NCBI RefSeq assembly: GCF_016433145.1
Contig: NC_058134.1
Span: 95,686,882-95,750,881, forward strand
DNA length: 64,000 nt
From: Gracilinanus agilis
Lineage: Eukaryota
Reading direction: 5' to 3'
Part shown: piece after piece, positions 1-10,435 of the stretch
Position numbering within the stretch: the first letter of the stretch is position 1
How the letters are laid out: every line of letters starts with the position of its first letter
Made by a program: the position numbers and the translations under genes
The notes under the pieces: generated by a model
The model's database searches: none
Told to the model about the DNA's origin: nothing
The model's input: only the letters and a program-made list of their open reading frames with translations

Positions 1-245
1 CCCCCTCTTTCCCATCCCCCATGCCATCTTAGATTATTTAGTGTTCCACCCTCACCCTGTTAATTATTCTTCTGATTACTATAATAGTGAATATTATAAT
101 AGTGAATAGAGTTCACTACAGAGAATTAAACATAACATTTCTCTACATAGGAATACAGATAATTAGATCTCACTGAGGCCCTTAAAAAGGCAAATTTAAA
201 AATTATAAGTTTTCTTTCTTTCCCCTCTGTATCTTATTTACCTTT

Positions 246-1289
246 TCAGGTTTCTCTCAATTTGTGTGGTTGGATATCAAACTTTCCATTTAGCCGTGGT
301 CTTTTCTGTGCAAATACCTGGAATTCTTCAATTTTGTTGAATGCCCATACTTTCCCCTGGAAATATATAGTCAATTTTGATGGGTAGTTGATCCGTGGTT
401 GCAGGCCCAGCTCTCTTGCCTTTCTGAATATTGTATTCCACGCCTTGCGGTCTTTTAGAGTTGAGGCTGCCAGATCCTGTGTGATCCTGATTGTTGCTCC
501 TTGATATTTGAATTGTTTCTTTCTGGCTTCTTGTAAGATTTTTTCTTTTGCTCGGAAACTCTTGAATTTTGCAATGATATTTCTTGGTGTTTTCCTTTCT
601 TGATCGAATGCTACAGGTGTTCTATGAATCCTTTCAATGTCTATATTGCCCTCTTGTTGTAGGACTTCAGGGCAATTTTGCTGAATTATTTCTGTTAGTA
701 TGGAGTCCAGGTTTCTATTAATTTCTGGTTTTTCTGGAAGACCAATTATTCTCAAATTGTCTCTTCTAGACCGGTTTTCTTGGTCTGTCACTCTCTCATT
801 GAGATATTTCATGTTTCCTTCTATTTTTTCAGTCTTTTGGCTTTGTTTTATTTGTTCTTGTTGTCTTGAGAGATCATTAGTTTCTACTTGCTCAATTCTA
901 GCCTTTAGGCATTGATTTTCGGCTATAATCTTTCGGTTTTCGGCCATAATCTTCTGGATTTCGGCCATAATCTTCTGGTATTCCTTTTCAATCTGGTCAT
1001 TTCTGGTGTTCAATTTCTGAGCCTCACTTTCCAATTGCATGATTCTACCTTTTAAACAGTTATTTTCTTGCCAGATCTCTTCCATTTTCCTCAAAATCTC
1101 AGTTTTGAACTCTTCCATAGCTTGTGAGGAGTTTTCCTTATTTGGGGAGGGTCTGGATGCTTGTTTGTTCTCCTCCTCTGTTTGCTCAGTTGTCTGGATT
1201 TTCTCTGTGTAAAAGCTGTGGAGTGTTAAAGACTTCTTTTTCTTCTTGTTATTCTTTTTCTTCTGAACTTCCTGAGACTGAGTAGCCAT
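246..1289 (-). CDS. LINE-1 ORF1p (coiled coil, RRM, CTD), intact, 347 aa
   Basis: Motifs ENRSRRDNLRIIGLPE, IERIHR, PRNIIAKF, YQGATIRITQDL, YPSKL; ATG to TGA with no disablement. Confidence 0.96.
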   Translation of the reverse strand: MATQSQEVQKKKNNKKKKKSLTLHSFYTEKIQTTEQTEEENKQASRPSPNKENSSQAMEEFKTEILRKMEEIWQENNCLKGRIMQLESEAQKLNTRNDQIEKEYQKIMAEIQKIMAENRKIIAENQCLKARIEQVETNDLSRQQEQIKQSQKTEKIEGNMKYLNERVTDQENRSRRDNLRIIGLPEKPEINRNLDSILTEIIQQNCPEVLQQEGNIDIERIHRTPVAFDQERKTPRNIIAKFKSFRAKEKILQEARKKQFKYQGATIRITQDLAASTLKDRKAWNTIFRKARELGLQPRINYPSKLTIYFQGKVWAFNKIEEFQVFAQKRPRLNGKFDIQPHKLRET

Positions 1290-1943
1290 TGTTAGCCCAG
1301 CAGCTTCTCAGATTTATCCTCGCACTCAGTGTCTGTCCGTGGTCTATTGGCTTCTGAGGTCTGTGTTCTGGTTTTTTCCAAGGTCAAGCCCCCTGGTGGG
1401 CCCCCTTGCTTGATCCTCTGCTGGAGGTTCCTTTACAAGTCTCAGGGCGCCGCTTCCACAGTCGTATACCCGTCCACACTGGTTCTCCACTTAGGCTTTA
1501 GTTCCTGGCTGTGTCTGCCTCCACCCACGCCTCTGCCGTGCCTGCGCTCTCAGCCCACACTGTGCGTCCACTCTCTGCTCCCGCGCTCAGATTTCGCGTG
1601 TGTTTTTTGGCTTATTGGTGTCCTAAATCTTGCTGCTCTTAGGAACAGGCCCCGGAGCTGCCAATGACTCGATGGGTGCCCCAAACTTGCTCTATTTCTT
1701 TTTAGCTGGCTTCAGCGCTTTAGATGTTGTGTGTGGAGGGGGTGGGGGTGGGGTGGTTGCTCAGCCTGCGATTTGGTGAGAGCTGTTTCACCCCTTTATA
1801 ACATGGAAATGCCTCGATTCCACGTACCTTCCACGCTGTGCCCTGTTGTGGGGTTCTTCCGTTCGTCTGGACTTGTTTTTATGTCCCCTTGAGGAGTTTT
1901 GTGTGTTTCGGTCAGGAGAGGTTAAGAGCTGCTTCTTACTCTG

Positions 1944-1953
1944 CCGCCATCTT
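1944..1953 (-). promoter_or_regulatory. YY1-type site at the L1 5' end (AAGATGGCGG)
   Basis: ccgccatctt on + lies 13-22 nt from the L1 start; a 5'-terminal YY1 site is established for mammalian L1 promoters. Confidence 0.75.
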
Positions 1954-1966
1954 AACCCGGAACTCC

Positions 1967-2164
1967 TCTTTTCTTTTTTTTTTTTTTAAAACCTTGTACT
2001 TCGGTGTATTGTCTCATAGGTGGAAGAGTGGTAAGGGTGGACAATGGGGGTCAAGTAACTTGCCCAGGGTTACACATCTGGGAAGTGTCTGAGCCCAGAT
2101 TTGAACCTAGGACCTCCCGTCTCTAGGCCTGACTCTCAATCCACTGAGCTACCCAGCTGACCCC
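1967..2164 (-). mobile_element. tRNA-derived marsupial SINE (SINE1_MD-like) with A-tail abutting the young L1
   Basis: Minus strand GGGGTCAGCTGGGTAGCTCAGTGGATTGAG...B box GGTTCAAATC...caaggttttA(n). Confidence 0.9.
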
Positions 2165-2833
2165 TGTATTTCTAATATATTTCTTAGTGGTAACTTTCAT
2201 TTTTCATTGTCTAACCTGTCACTTTGGATCATTCTTTGGAGGAGCAATTTGAATAGATATAATATTTATCTATATTTGTGAGAAAGTTAATTTAACGAAT
2301 TTCAGGCAAAATAATGTCAGATTGCTTGTAACAGTAGATTTGGTTATCTTTTTTTTAACTGTAGAAAATATCCATCTTTTTTTCTTCACTCACAAAGTGA
2401 ATATTCCTATTTATATCTTTACTGTCTTTCACTGGACTTTTCAAATAGCTCCCTCTTCTTGCCTGAAGTATTTCTATTTGAATCCTTCTTTTACACAACT
2501 GTAAGAGATGGTTTTCCTAAAGTACAAATCTAAACTTGTTACTCCTATATTACTCATTTTACTACAGTTATTCCTTATCACCTCTAGGATCAAATATAAC
2601 TTCATTTTTTTTATGTCATTTAAACCATTTGACAGCTTGCTTTCAAACTAATTTTCCTTTCTAGTCTTATCCCCCTTTATATATTGTTTTGTCTGAATAA
2701 TGTGTTATTACTGTTCCTTAAATTGAACATTCCAAATTCTACCTGGCTGACTCATGCTTAAAATTCACTTCCTTTTCACCTCCACCTCAAAAAGTTCCTG
2801 TTTTTCTTTGATTTAGCTCAAAGAATACTTTCT

Positions 2834-3000
2834 GGGGCAAATGGTTGACTCAATAATATATTGAGAACTAGGCTTGGAAATGAGAGGTTCTGGGTTCAAA
2901 TCTAGCCTCAACTGCTTTCTGGCTGTGTAATCTGAGAAAGATTCTTAACCCCAGTTGCCTAGCTCTCTTACCAATCTTTTGCCTTAAAACTTATAGTTTT
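2834..3000 (+). mobile_element. Older marsupial SINE (SINE1-like)
   Basis: ggggcaaatgg...gggttcaaatctagcctca...cttaaccccagttgcctagc; ends approximate. Confidence 0.7.
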
Positions 3001-3612
3001 GACTCTTATAAAACTTGTAGTTTTAAGGCAGACAGAAAGCATTAAAAAAAAAAAAACACCCAGAAAAACCAACACTTTCTAAGTCTACCCTTTTTCCCAC
3101 TTGCCCCCACCAATATCTCTTTCTCTATCTCTGTTAACTCCCTTGATCCTCATGTGCAAAACCCTTTTCATTTTTTAAAAGCTTTTTATCCATAGCACTA
3201 ATACAGTCTAGCATAAAATAAATTCATAATAAAGATTTTAAAATTGATTTATCAGTTGCTAAAGAAATGCAAAGTTTAAAAATGATAGGTTGAAATTTAA
3301 TATTAAAATTTAAATTGTTAAGAGAACAATTCAGATTGCACTATTGATGCTATGCCTTAAAGGAATAAAAAGTTCCAAAAGGAGTTAAAAATGTTTCCCA
3401 AGCATGATATGAAAGCCCAATTAAATGTACAAGAGCAAAAATTGTTCAGCTCACATATAGGTAATCAAGGTTTTATGAACAGAGATAAAGAATGAACCTT
3501 TCATTGGTTTTGGAAATTCTCAGGTAAGGCGAGTCCCTCTACAATTGAAAGGTCATCACATTATTATTTTAGTAGCCCAAGGACACTGAGTGGTTAAGTC
3601 AATTACCTAGAG

Positions 3613-3829
3613 CAGTAATAGTGAACCTTTTAGAGACTGAGTGCCCAAACTGCAACCCTCCCGTTGCATGTGAGCTCCCTATTTTACCCCAGACAGGGGA
3701 GAGAGAAAGTACTCCCATTGGGCTGTTTGGAAGAGGGGCTGGGGAAATGAGGCATATCCTTAGGCAGGTGGAGAAGGGGAAGGGATCAGCCCCACCTATG
3801 ACATGTGTGCCATGGGTTCACTACCACAG
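3613..3829. mobile_element. hAT (Charlie-like) MITE, 217 bp
   Basis: TIRs cagtaatagtgaacc / ggttcactaccacag; 8-bp TSD acctagag / gcctagag; splits a MIR-like sequence. Confidence 0.85.
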
Positions 3830-5539
3830 GCCTAGAGTCATCTAGCCAGTATGTGACTGAGAATTATGAACTATATGAACTCACTTATTAACTCAAAGGC
3901 CAGTTCTTTATTCAGTAAAACAAAGATGAAAATAGTTTGGAGACAGACTATGAAGAGTCTTATATTCTAAACGGAGAAATTTTTTTTTATCATATAAATA
4001 ATAGTCATTGATTGTAGTTAGTTAGGTAAATTACTTCCTTAGGTTTGTAATTTAGAAAAATTATTTAAGTAAAACTTGGGTTATCTTCTAGAAGATAGAG
4101 TATAACAGTTTATATAAGAGGCAAGAAATATAATTAGTGATCAGTTAGTGATACTTATCTAGGTAAGAAAAGATAACGACTCAAACTAGAAAGTGGTAGT
4201 TTGTTTAGAAAGAAAGGGACAAATGCAAGAGAGGCTGTGGAGGTAGAATTCAAAGGACATGTTAACTCATAAGATCTATCCTTTGCATATGGGAAGTTTT
4301 AGGTGACAGTAAGAGATTTCCTGGCAGGTCATTTATGACACAAGATTGGAGTTCAAGCAGAGGTAATAATAATGCTTTATTTGATTTGGGCATTATCCTT
4401 TAGAAGTCATCTTTAATCAATTTTTACTAAGCATTTATATGATGTTCACTGTGTTACACACTGGGAATACAAGGAGAAAATGGAAACTGTCCTATCTCTT
4501 AAGGAGCAAATATTCTGTCATAGGAAACATAGAAATATACATAAACATAGGAATGTACAAGACGTATACAAAGAAAAGACAAGCTCACCTCTTAGATAGA
4601 TACTAGTAGCTGCTGGGATTTGGATAAACATCCTAGAGAGAAAATGGCAGAGATCCAAGATGCAGAGAGAAAGAATACTTCAGTTATGGAAGATAGCTAT
4701 TGTGAAAGTCATCAAGGCTGTAAGTTGAATAACCTATGTGAGAAATAGCATAGAGACTACTCTAGGTGGGCTGTTCAAATTTTGAAGAATAAAATGTCAG
4801 GACATTAGATTGAGAGGAAGGAGCCAGGGCATGCAGACCATGAGATATCAAATTTACATGATGACATTTGTTTCAGAGAGCTTATCTGGACAGGTTTAGG
4901 TGCCTTGCCAAAATCATTTTTGCAGTTCTCTGAACGGATATGGTTAAATCGAGGAGAGTTCCTTGATTTAAGGAAGCTAATTAAGAGGTGACTATAAAAG
5001 TCGAGATGAGAGAAGATTAGGACCTGAAATAAGAGGTTGCATAAATGAAAGGATAGTATGTAGGCTGGACAAGTGGTAGAGATAGAAATGCAGTTTTGGG
5101 TTGTCAGAGGAGAATACAGAAAACACAGAAGTGTTTAAGGTGGAGCTTTGAGGCTCCATCTCATTGTGGAGGGTTGATTGGAAGAGAAAATTGCTCTGGA
5201 AGAATGAAAATATCTCATGCAGATAGTGCCAAAAATGATGCTTGTCATTTTGAAAAATCCAGAGATAAAAATCATAGAAAGATAGCTTTAGAACTGAAAG
5301 AGACTTTCAGTGTCAAGTAGTTGGACCCCATCATTCTTACTTCTAAAGAAACTTGAAATAAATAAAGGTTAAATTCTTTGCTTTTAAGAGTTACACATAT
5401 ATTAAGTAGTAGAGCCAGGACTTCCAGATCCTGAGATTCCTAAATCATAGCTTATCCCATTGTGCCAATTTTGCATTATTATGAATTTATTTTGTATTTG
5501 TATATCATTTTGTTGTTTATAATATTTTTTTTACCCACA

Positions 5540-8500
5540 TTTACAAAAAATAATGAATTCAAGTCCAGAGGATGATGAAAATACCACAGTTTCTCACAGG
5601 AAAAACCAATGGTCTGGAAAATAAAATCAAGGCGAGTTCATTTAAGAATGATTGAAATACCTGAAAGCTATGAACAAAAATAAAGAGCCTAGTCATCACA
5701 TTTCAAGAAATTTTGAAGGAAAACTACCTAGATATCTTAAGACAGGAAAGAAGGCAAAGTAGAAATTGAAAAAAATCCACTTCTCAACTCCAGAAAGAAA
5801 TGTCAAATTTAAACCTCTTAGGAAAATTTTATCCCAAATTTATCACTTTAAGATCAAGGAAAGCAACAGTTAGAATCACGTAAGATTTTTCAGTTAGCAT
5901 AAAAATAAAGGACTTGAATACGATATTCTGGATAGCAAAAGAGGTAGGAAGAAATTTCATATTGCTTATTCCTTAAATCTATAAAACAGGGAGTAGAGCT
6001 TTCAGTGCAGCATACACCTTAAAAAAATGTAGAACAAAAAGTTAATTATCAATTGGTCCCCTTCAATTAACAAAAAACAAAAATCGTGAACATCAAAGTC
6101 ACCAGTATCAAGAAGGAAAAGAGTGATTGCACAACTAATGAAGATGAAATTAAAGCAAGTATAGAAATGTGTTTTGCCTAAGCATATGCCAACAAAGTTA
6201 TATTTTTAAGTGAAATGGATATTTAAAAATAAAAATTGTCTGGATTAATAGAACTGGAAAAAAATGTTTCTTAAGGATTATCGTATAAAAAGAAATCGAA
6301 GAAGCCATTATTTAGTTTTCAAGCATGAAAGAAAAACCCAGACCAGATGGATTTACCAGTGAATTCAACCAAAAACTTAAAGAATAGTTTATCTTCATAC
6401 TACATAAACTATTTGAAAAAATAGGCATCCCTACAAATTCATTATTTGTCACAAATATATTATTAGTAGATACTGAAATGTGGGACAATCAAAATTGATA
6501 AAGAAAACTTTAGACTAATTTCCTTATCATCAATATATCAGAAAGATCATGGATTCTGACAAAACTGACTTTCAGGAATACAGTGCTTGTTAATTTTTAA
6601 GAAAACTATAAGCCTAATTTGACAAATTATTGCTATAAAGAACACCAAAATTTATGACATATTATAGCTGTGGAAGAAGGTTTTGACAATATTAATATTT
6701 ATTCTTAAGAAATATCAATAATAATGTTCATAAACATAAGTGGAACTTCATTAAAATATTAAGTGGTATCTATAACAAAGCAAATATTTTCTCTATAGTT
6801 TTAGAAACTTTTAGAAAGAACAAATGAACTCCAAATGCAGATTGAAACATACCATTCTTCACTTTATTTCCTCCATGAATTTTTCCCTAGCATAAGTAAT
6901 ATATGTTTTGTTTTATAACTTGTCAAACTTTGAAATATATGTTATATGATAATATATCTACAGCCTATATCGTATTACCTGCCTTGGGAAGGAGGAAGGG
7001 ATAAGAGAGGGAAGAAAAGAATTAGAAACAGTTTTGGATGTAGCCAATGTAAGAATTTGGTTTTTTTGCATAAGCATGTTTATGATTATATATTATGCTA
7101 TATGTAAAAATAATAAATGGTTACTCAAAAATAATAGGAAGGAAAGGCAAAAATTTTGAAATAATATAATTTTTATTTTTTAATTGTTATAAAGGGATAA
7201 GATCATTAGTAAATTACTGAGAAAGAAGGCAGTTATTGGTCACCTTTTTGGATATGGAACAGGTGTATGAACAAGATAAAGAAGTTCAGAGGAGTTAAAA
7301 TGCAGTTTTACTTAAAAAAAGTTCAAATTAAAAAGGCTTTGCACAAACAAAGCAAATACAACTGAAATTTGAAAAGTAACAGTTATATTGAAGGAAAAAT
7401 TTTTGTAGTAAGTTTCTCTGACAAGTGTCTCATTCTTGTTTTTGAGTGTGTATGTATGTATGTGGTGCCATATGCATATATAGATATGTGTGTATACACA
7501 CTTGTTTGTATGTACATATGTAGGAATGAAGCCCCAAATTGATAAACTTGTCAGAGGATTTGGTTTTCAGAGCAAGAAATCAAAACTTAATAGCAGTCTG
7601 AAAAAAAAAATGCTCTAAAACAGGAATAACTAGAGCAATGTTAATTAAAACAATTCTGAGATACCACCTCATGCCCATCAGATTAGATAAAATGATAGAA
7701 ATGAAAATAACTTGCTGGAGGGGATATTAGAAAAATAGATAACTCTAAAGCATTGTTGGTAGATCTGTGAATTAGTCTATTCCAGTGATGGTGAACCTTT
7801 TAGAGATGAAGTTCTGGGTCCCACCCCTATTTGCCCCCTCCCCCCCTTACCCCATACATGGTAGGGAAGAAGAGTTCCCATTGGGCTGCTGGGAGGAGGG
7901 GCACATGAAGTGAGGAATATCTTCAGTAAGAGTAGAGAGAGGGAGGGGAATGACATGAGCCTTCTCCAGCTCTGCTGCTTGTGAGCCCCCCTCCTTTGCC
8001 TGTGAGCTCCCATTAAGCTGCTGGGCAGAAGGAGAGGGATGTGAAAAAATGTCATCAGGCATGGTGGAGAGGGGAAGGGGAGAAACTCTGCCCTCTGCCT
8101 TTCTAGTAATGAACTCTGGGCCAGAAAGGTGGGGTTGGGGGGCAGTGGCTGAGTGCCCACAGAGAGCTTAGCCCCTACTGCTCTTCTGCCATAGGTTCTC
8201 CATTACTGGGCTATCTAATCTGGAACTAAAAAGAAAGTACATCCACAAAACTTTGACCCTTTAATGCTATTAGGTTTGTACTTCAAAGAGATCAAATGAA
8301 AGGGGAAAGCTCCTATATGTACTAAAATATTTATTGCTACTCTTTATGGTGGCAAATAATTAGAAACTGAGAAGAAATTGATTCCTATCAAGTGGGGAAT
8401 GGCTGGATTATGAAATATAGTGGATTATGCTATGAATGTAATTGAAAACAATTTTGTGAAGAAGGATGGTTTTAGAATTACTAGGCATGCTTATATGAAA

Positions 8501-8620
8501 TGATACAAAGTGAAGTGACCAGAAATGAGAGAAGAATTTACATAGTCATAGAAAAATTATAAAGATAATCAATTGTGAAGGACTTTAGTAACTGTTCCAG
8601 TCATCCTTCATAATTCTAAA
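5540..8620 (+). mobile_element. Heavily degraded LINE-1 fragments (ORF1 remnant, PRPDGFTSEF ORF2 motif near 6337-6366, 3' end)
   Basis: Recognisable L1 peptide remnants and 3' ORF2 sequence gataccacctcatgcccatcag; boundaries approximate. Confidence 0.6.
7783..8208. mobile_element. hAT MITE, 426 bp, nested in an old L1 3' fragment
   Basis: TIRs cagtgatggtgaacc / ggttctccattactg; degenerate 8-bp TSD gtctattc / ggctatct; same TIR type as 3613-3829. Confidence 0.8.
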
Positions 8621-8646
8621 AGACTCCTCTTTACAAGTAGGATCCA

Positions 8647-10435
8647 GGGGCAGAGCTAAAATGACCACATGGTAGCAGGAACTTTCTAAATCTCTTTCCA
8701 GCTGATCGATACAAAGTGACTCAAAAGAACAGAAATCAAAATCAGATGAGGAAAGGGGCTCTCCCACTGGATACAACCTTAAAGGTAGAAAATATTTGGG
8801 GATTTCCATGCTATAAGGGGGTGAAACTACACTTTATCAAAGTGCAAGCTGATCACCCTTCCCCAATCAGAATCAGAGAGAGGACCAGGCAATTTCTAAA
8901 TTCTTCCGGACTGGCTGAGACTTACCCCAAAGAGTAGTGCAAGTCCTTCGCATTGAGACTTGGGACAAAAGATTGAAGAGTGTGGAAATTGGGCAGAAGC
9001 AGGCTGGCCACAGCAGAGGCAGCAAGGACTGGAAAAACAGTCTTAGGGCAAAACACTTTAAAGTATGCTACACAAAGAACTGCCTGGAAGATTCTACCAA
9101 GGCAAAGACCTTTGAGATAGAAGCTAAGAAATCAATGTCCACCAACATGTAGGAACCTGAATCCAAAAGTAGCAAAAGAAATAAGCAGCAAAAAAAGCTT
9201 TTGACCCTGGATAATTTCTATGGAGAAAAAGAGCAAAATATAGAAGCAACAACAGAGAGTGACAGCAAACTTTTCAAACTTTCCCCCCCCCCCAAAAAAA
9301 AATAAATTTGAAATTGGTCACAAGCTCTCAAGGACCTCAAAAAGGAGTTCAAGAACCAAGTTAGAAAGATAGAAAAAAATGGAAGAAAAGTGGGACAAAG
9401 AAATGAAAGTAATTCAAAAAGAAAATAAGACAAAATTGCCCACATGGGAAAAAGGCACAGAAATCAAATGAAATAATGAGCAAATTGGAGACCAGAATTG
9501 ACCTGCCGTAAGCAAAGAAAAGCAGGTTAGAAAAGGAAAATCAAAAGATCATAGCTGAGAATCAGTCTTTAAAGTGTAGAATTGGGCAAGTAGAAGCTAA
9601 TGATCTTAAAAGACAGCAAGAATTAATAAAGCAAAATCAAAAGAATGAAAAAATAGAAGGAACCATGAACTATCTCATTGAAAAGACAACTGACCTAGAA
9701 AACAGATCCAGGAGAGACATTTTGAGAATTATTGGTCTATCTCAGTGATTCCCAAAGTGGGCGCCACTGTCCCCTGCTGGGTGCTGCAGCGATCCAGGGG
9801 CGCGGTGATGGCCACAAGTGTATTTGGGTGTGGTGCATAACTGTAAGGGGATGGTGATAGTATGTGACAGGGGACTCTAAGTAATATTTTTTTTCTGGAA
9901 AGGGGGGCAGTAGGCCAAAAATGTTTGGGAACCACTGATCTATATGAAGGCCTAGGGAAGGAAAAGCCTTGCCATCATTTTACAAAAAATTGTCCAAGAA
10001 AACTGCCCTGTTATTCTTGAACCAAAGGGAAAAACAGACATCAAAAGAGTCCATCAATGACCCTCTACATAAAATCCCCAAAAGACAACCCCCAGGAATG
10101 TAGTAGCCAAATTTAAGAGCTTCTGAACCAAGGAGCAAATATTGCAAGCAGCCAGAAAGAGACAATTCAAATATCAGGGAGTCCCAGTCAGTATCACACA
10201 GGACCTGGCAGCCTCCACACTAAAGGACTCAAGGCTTTAAATATGATATTCAGAAAGGCAATAGAATTGGGTCTACAACCAAGAATCACCTATCCATCAA
10301 AACTGACTATATACTTTCAGGAAAAAGTATGAGCATTTAATAAAATAGAATATTTCCGAGCATTCCTTAAAAATAAAGAAAAGACCAGAACTAAATGGGA
10401 AATTTGATGTCCAAATATAAAATTCAAGTAAAACG
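8647..10435 (+). mobile_element. Older LINE-1, 5'UTR and decayed ORF1 (left part)
   Basis: Starts ggggcagagctaaaatgacc (degenerate L1 start); ORF1 remnants ENRSRRD.LRIIGL, FKYQG, ITQDLA with stops and frameshifts. Confidence 0.88.
9743..9937. mobile_element. hAT-Charlie MITE, 195 bp, inserted in L1 ORF1
   Basis: TIRs cagtgattcccaaa / tttgggaaccactg; TSD gtctatct / atctatat; interrupts ORF1 at RIIGL. Confidence 0.85.

Larger units (their letters stand above)
1..1966 (-). mobile_element. Young LINE-1, 5' part (5'UTR, ORF1, inter-ORF spacer), antisense to KMT2C; continues beyond window start
   Basis: Minus strand begins GGAGTTCCGGGTTAAGATGGCGGC; CpG-rich 5'UTR 1290-1966; intact ORF1. Confidence 0.95.

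Noticed and set aside
7777-8160. 127-aa and 71-aa ORFs
   Set aside because: Entirely within a non-autonomous MITE; no transposase motifs.
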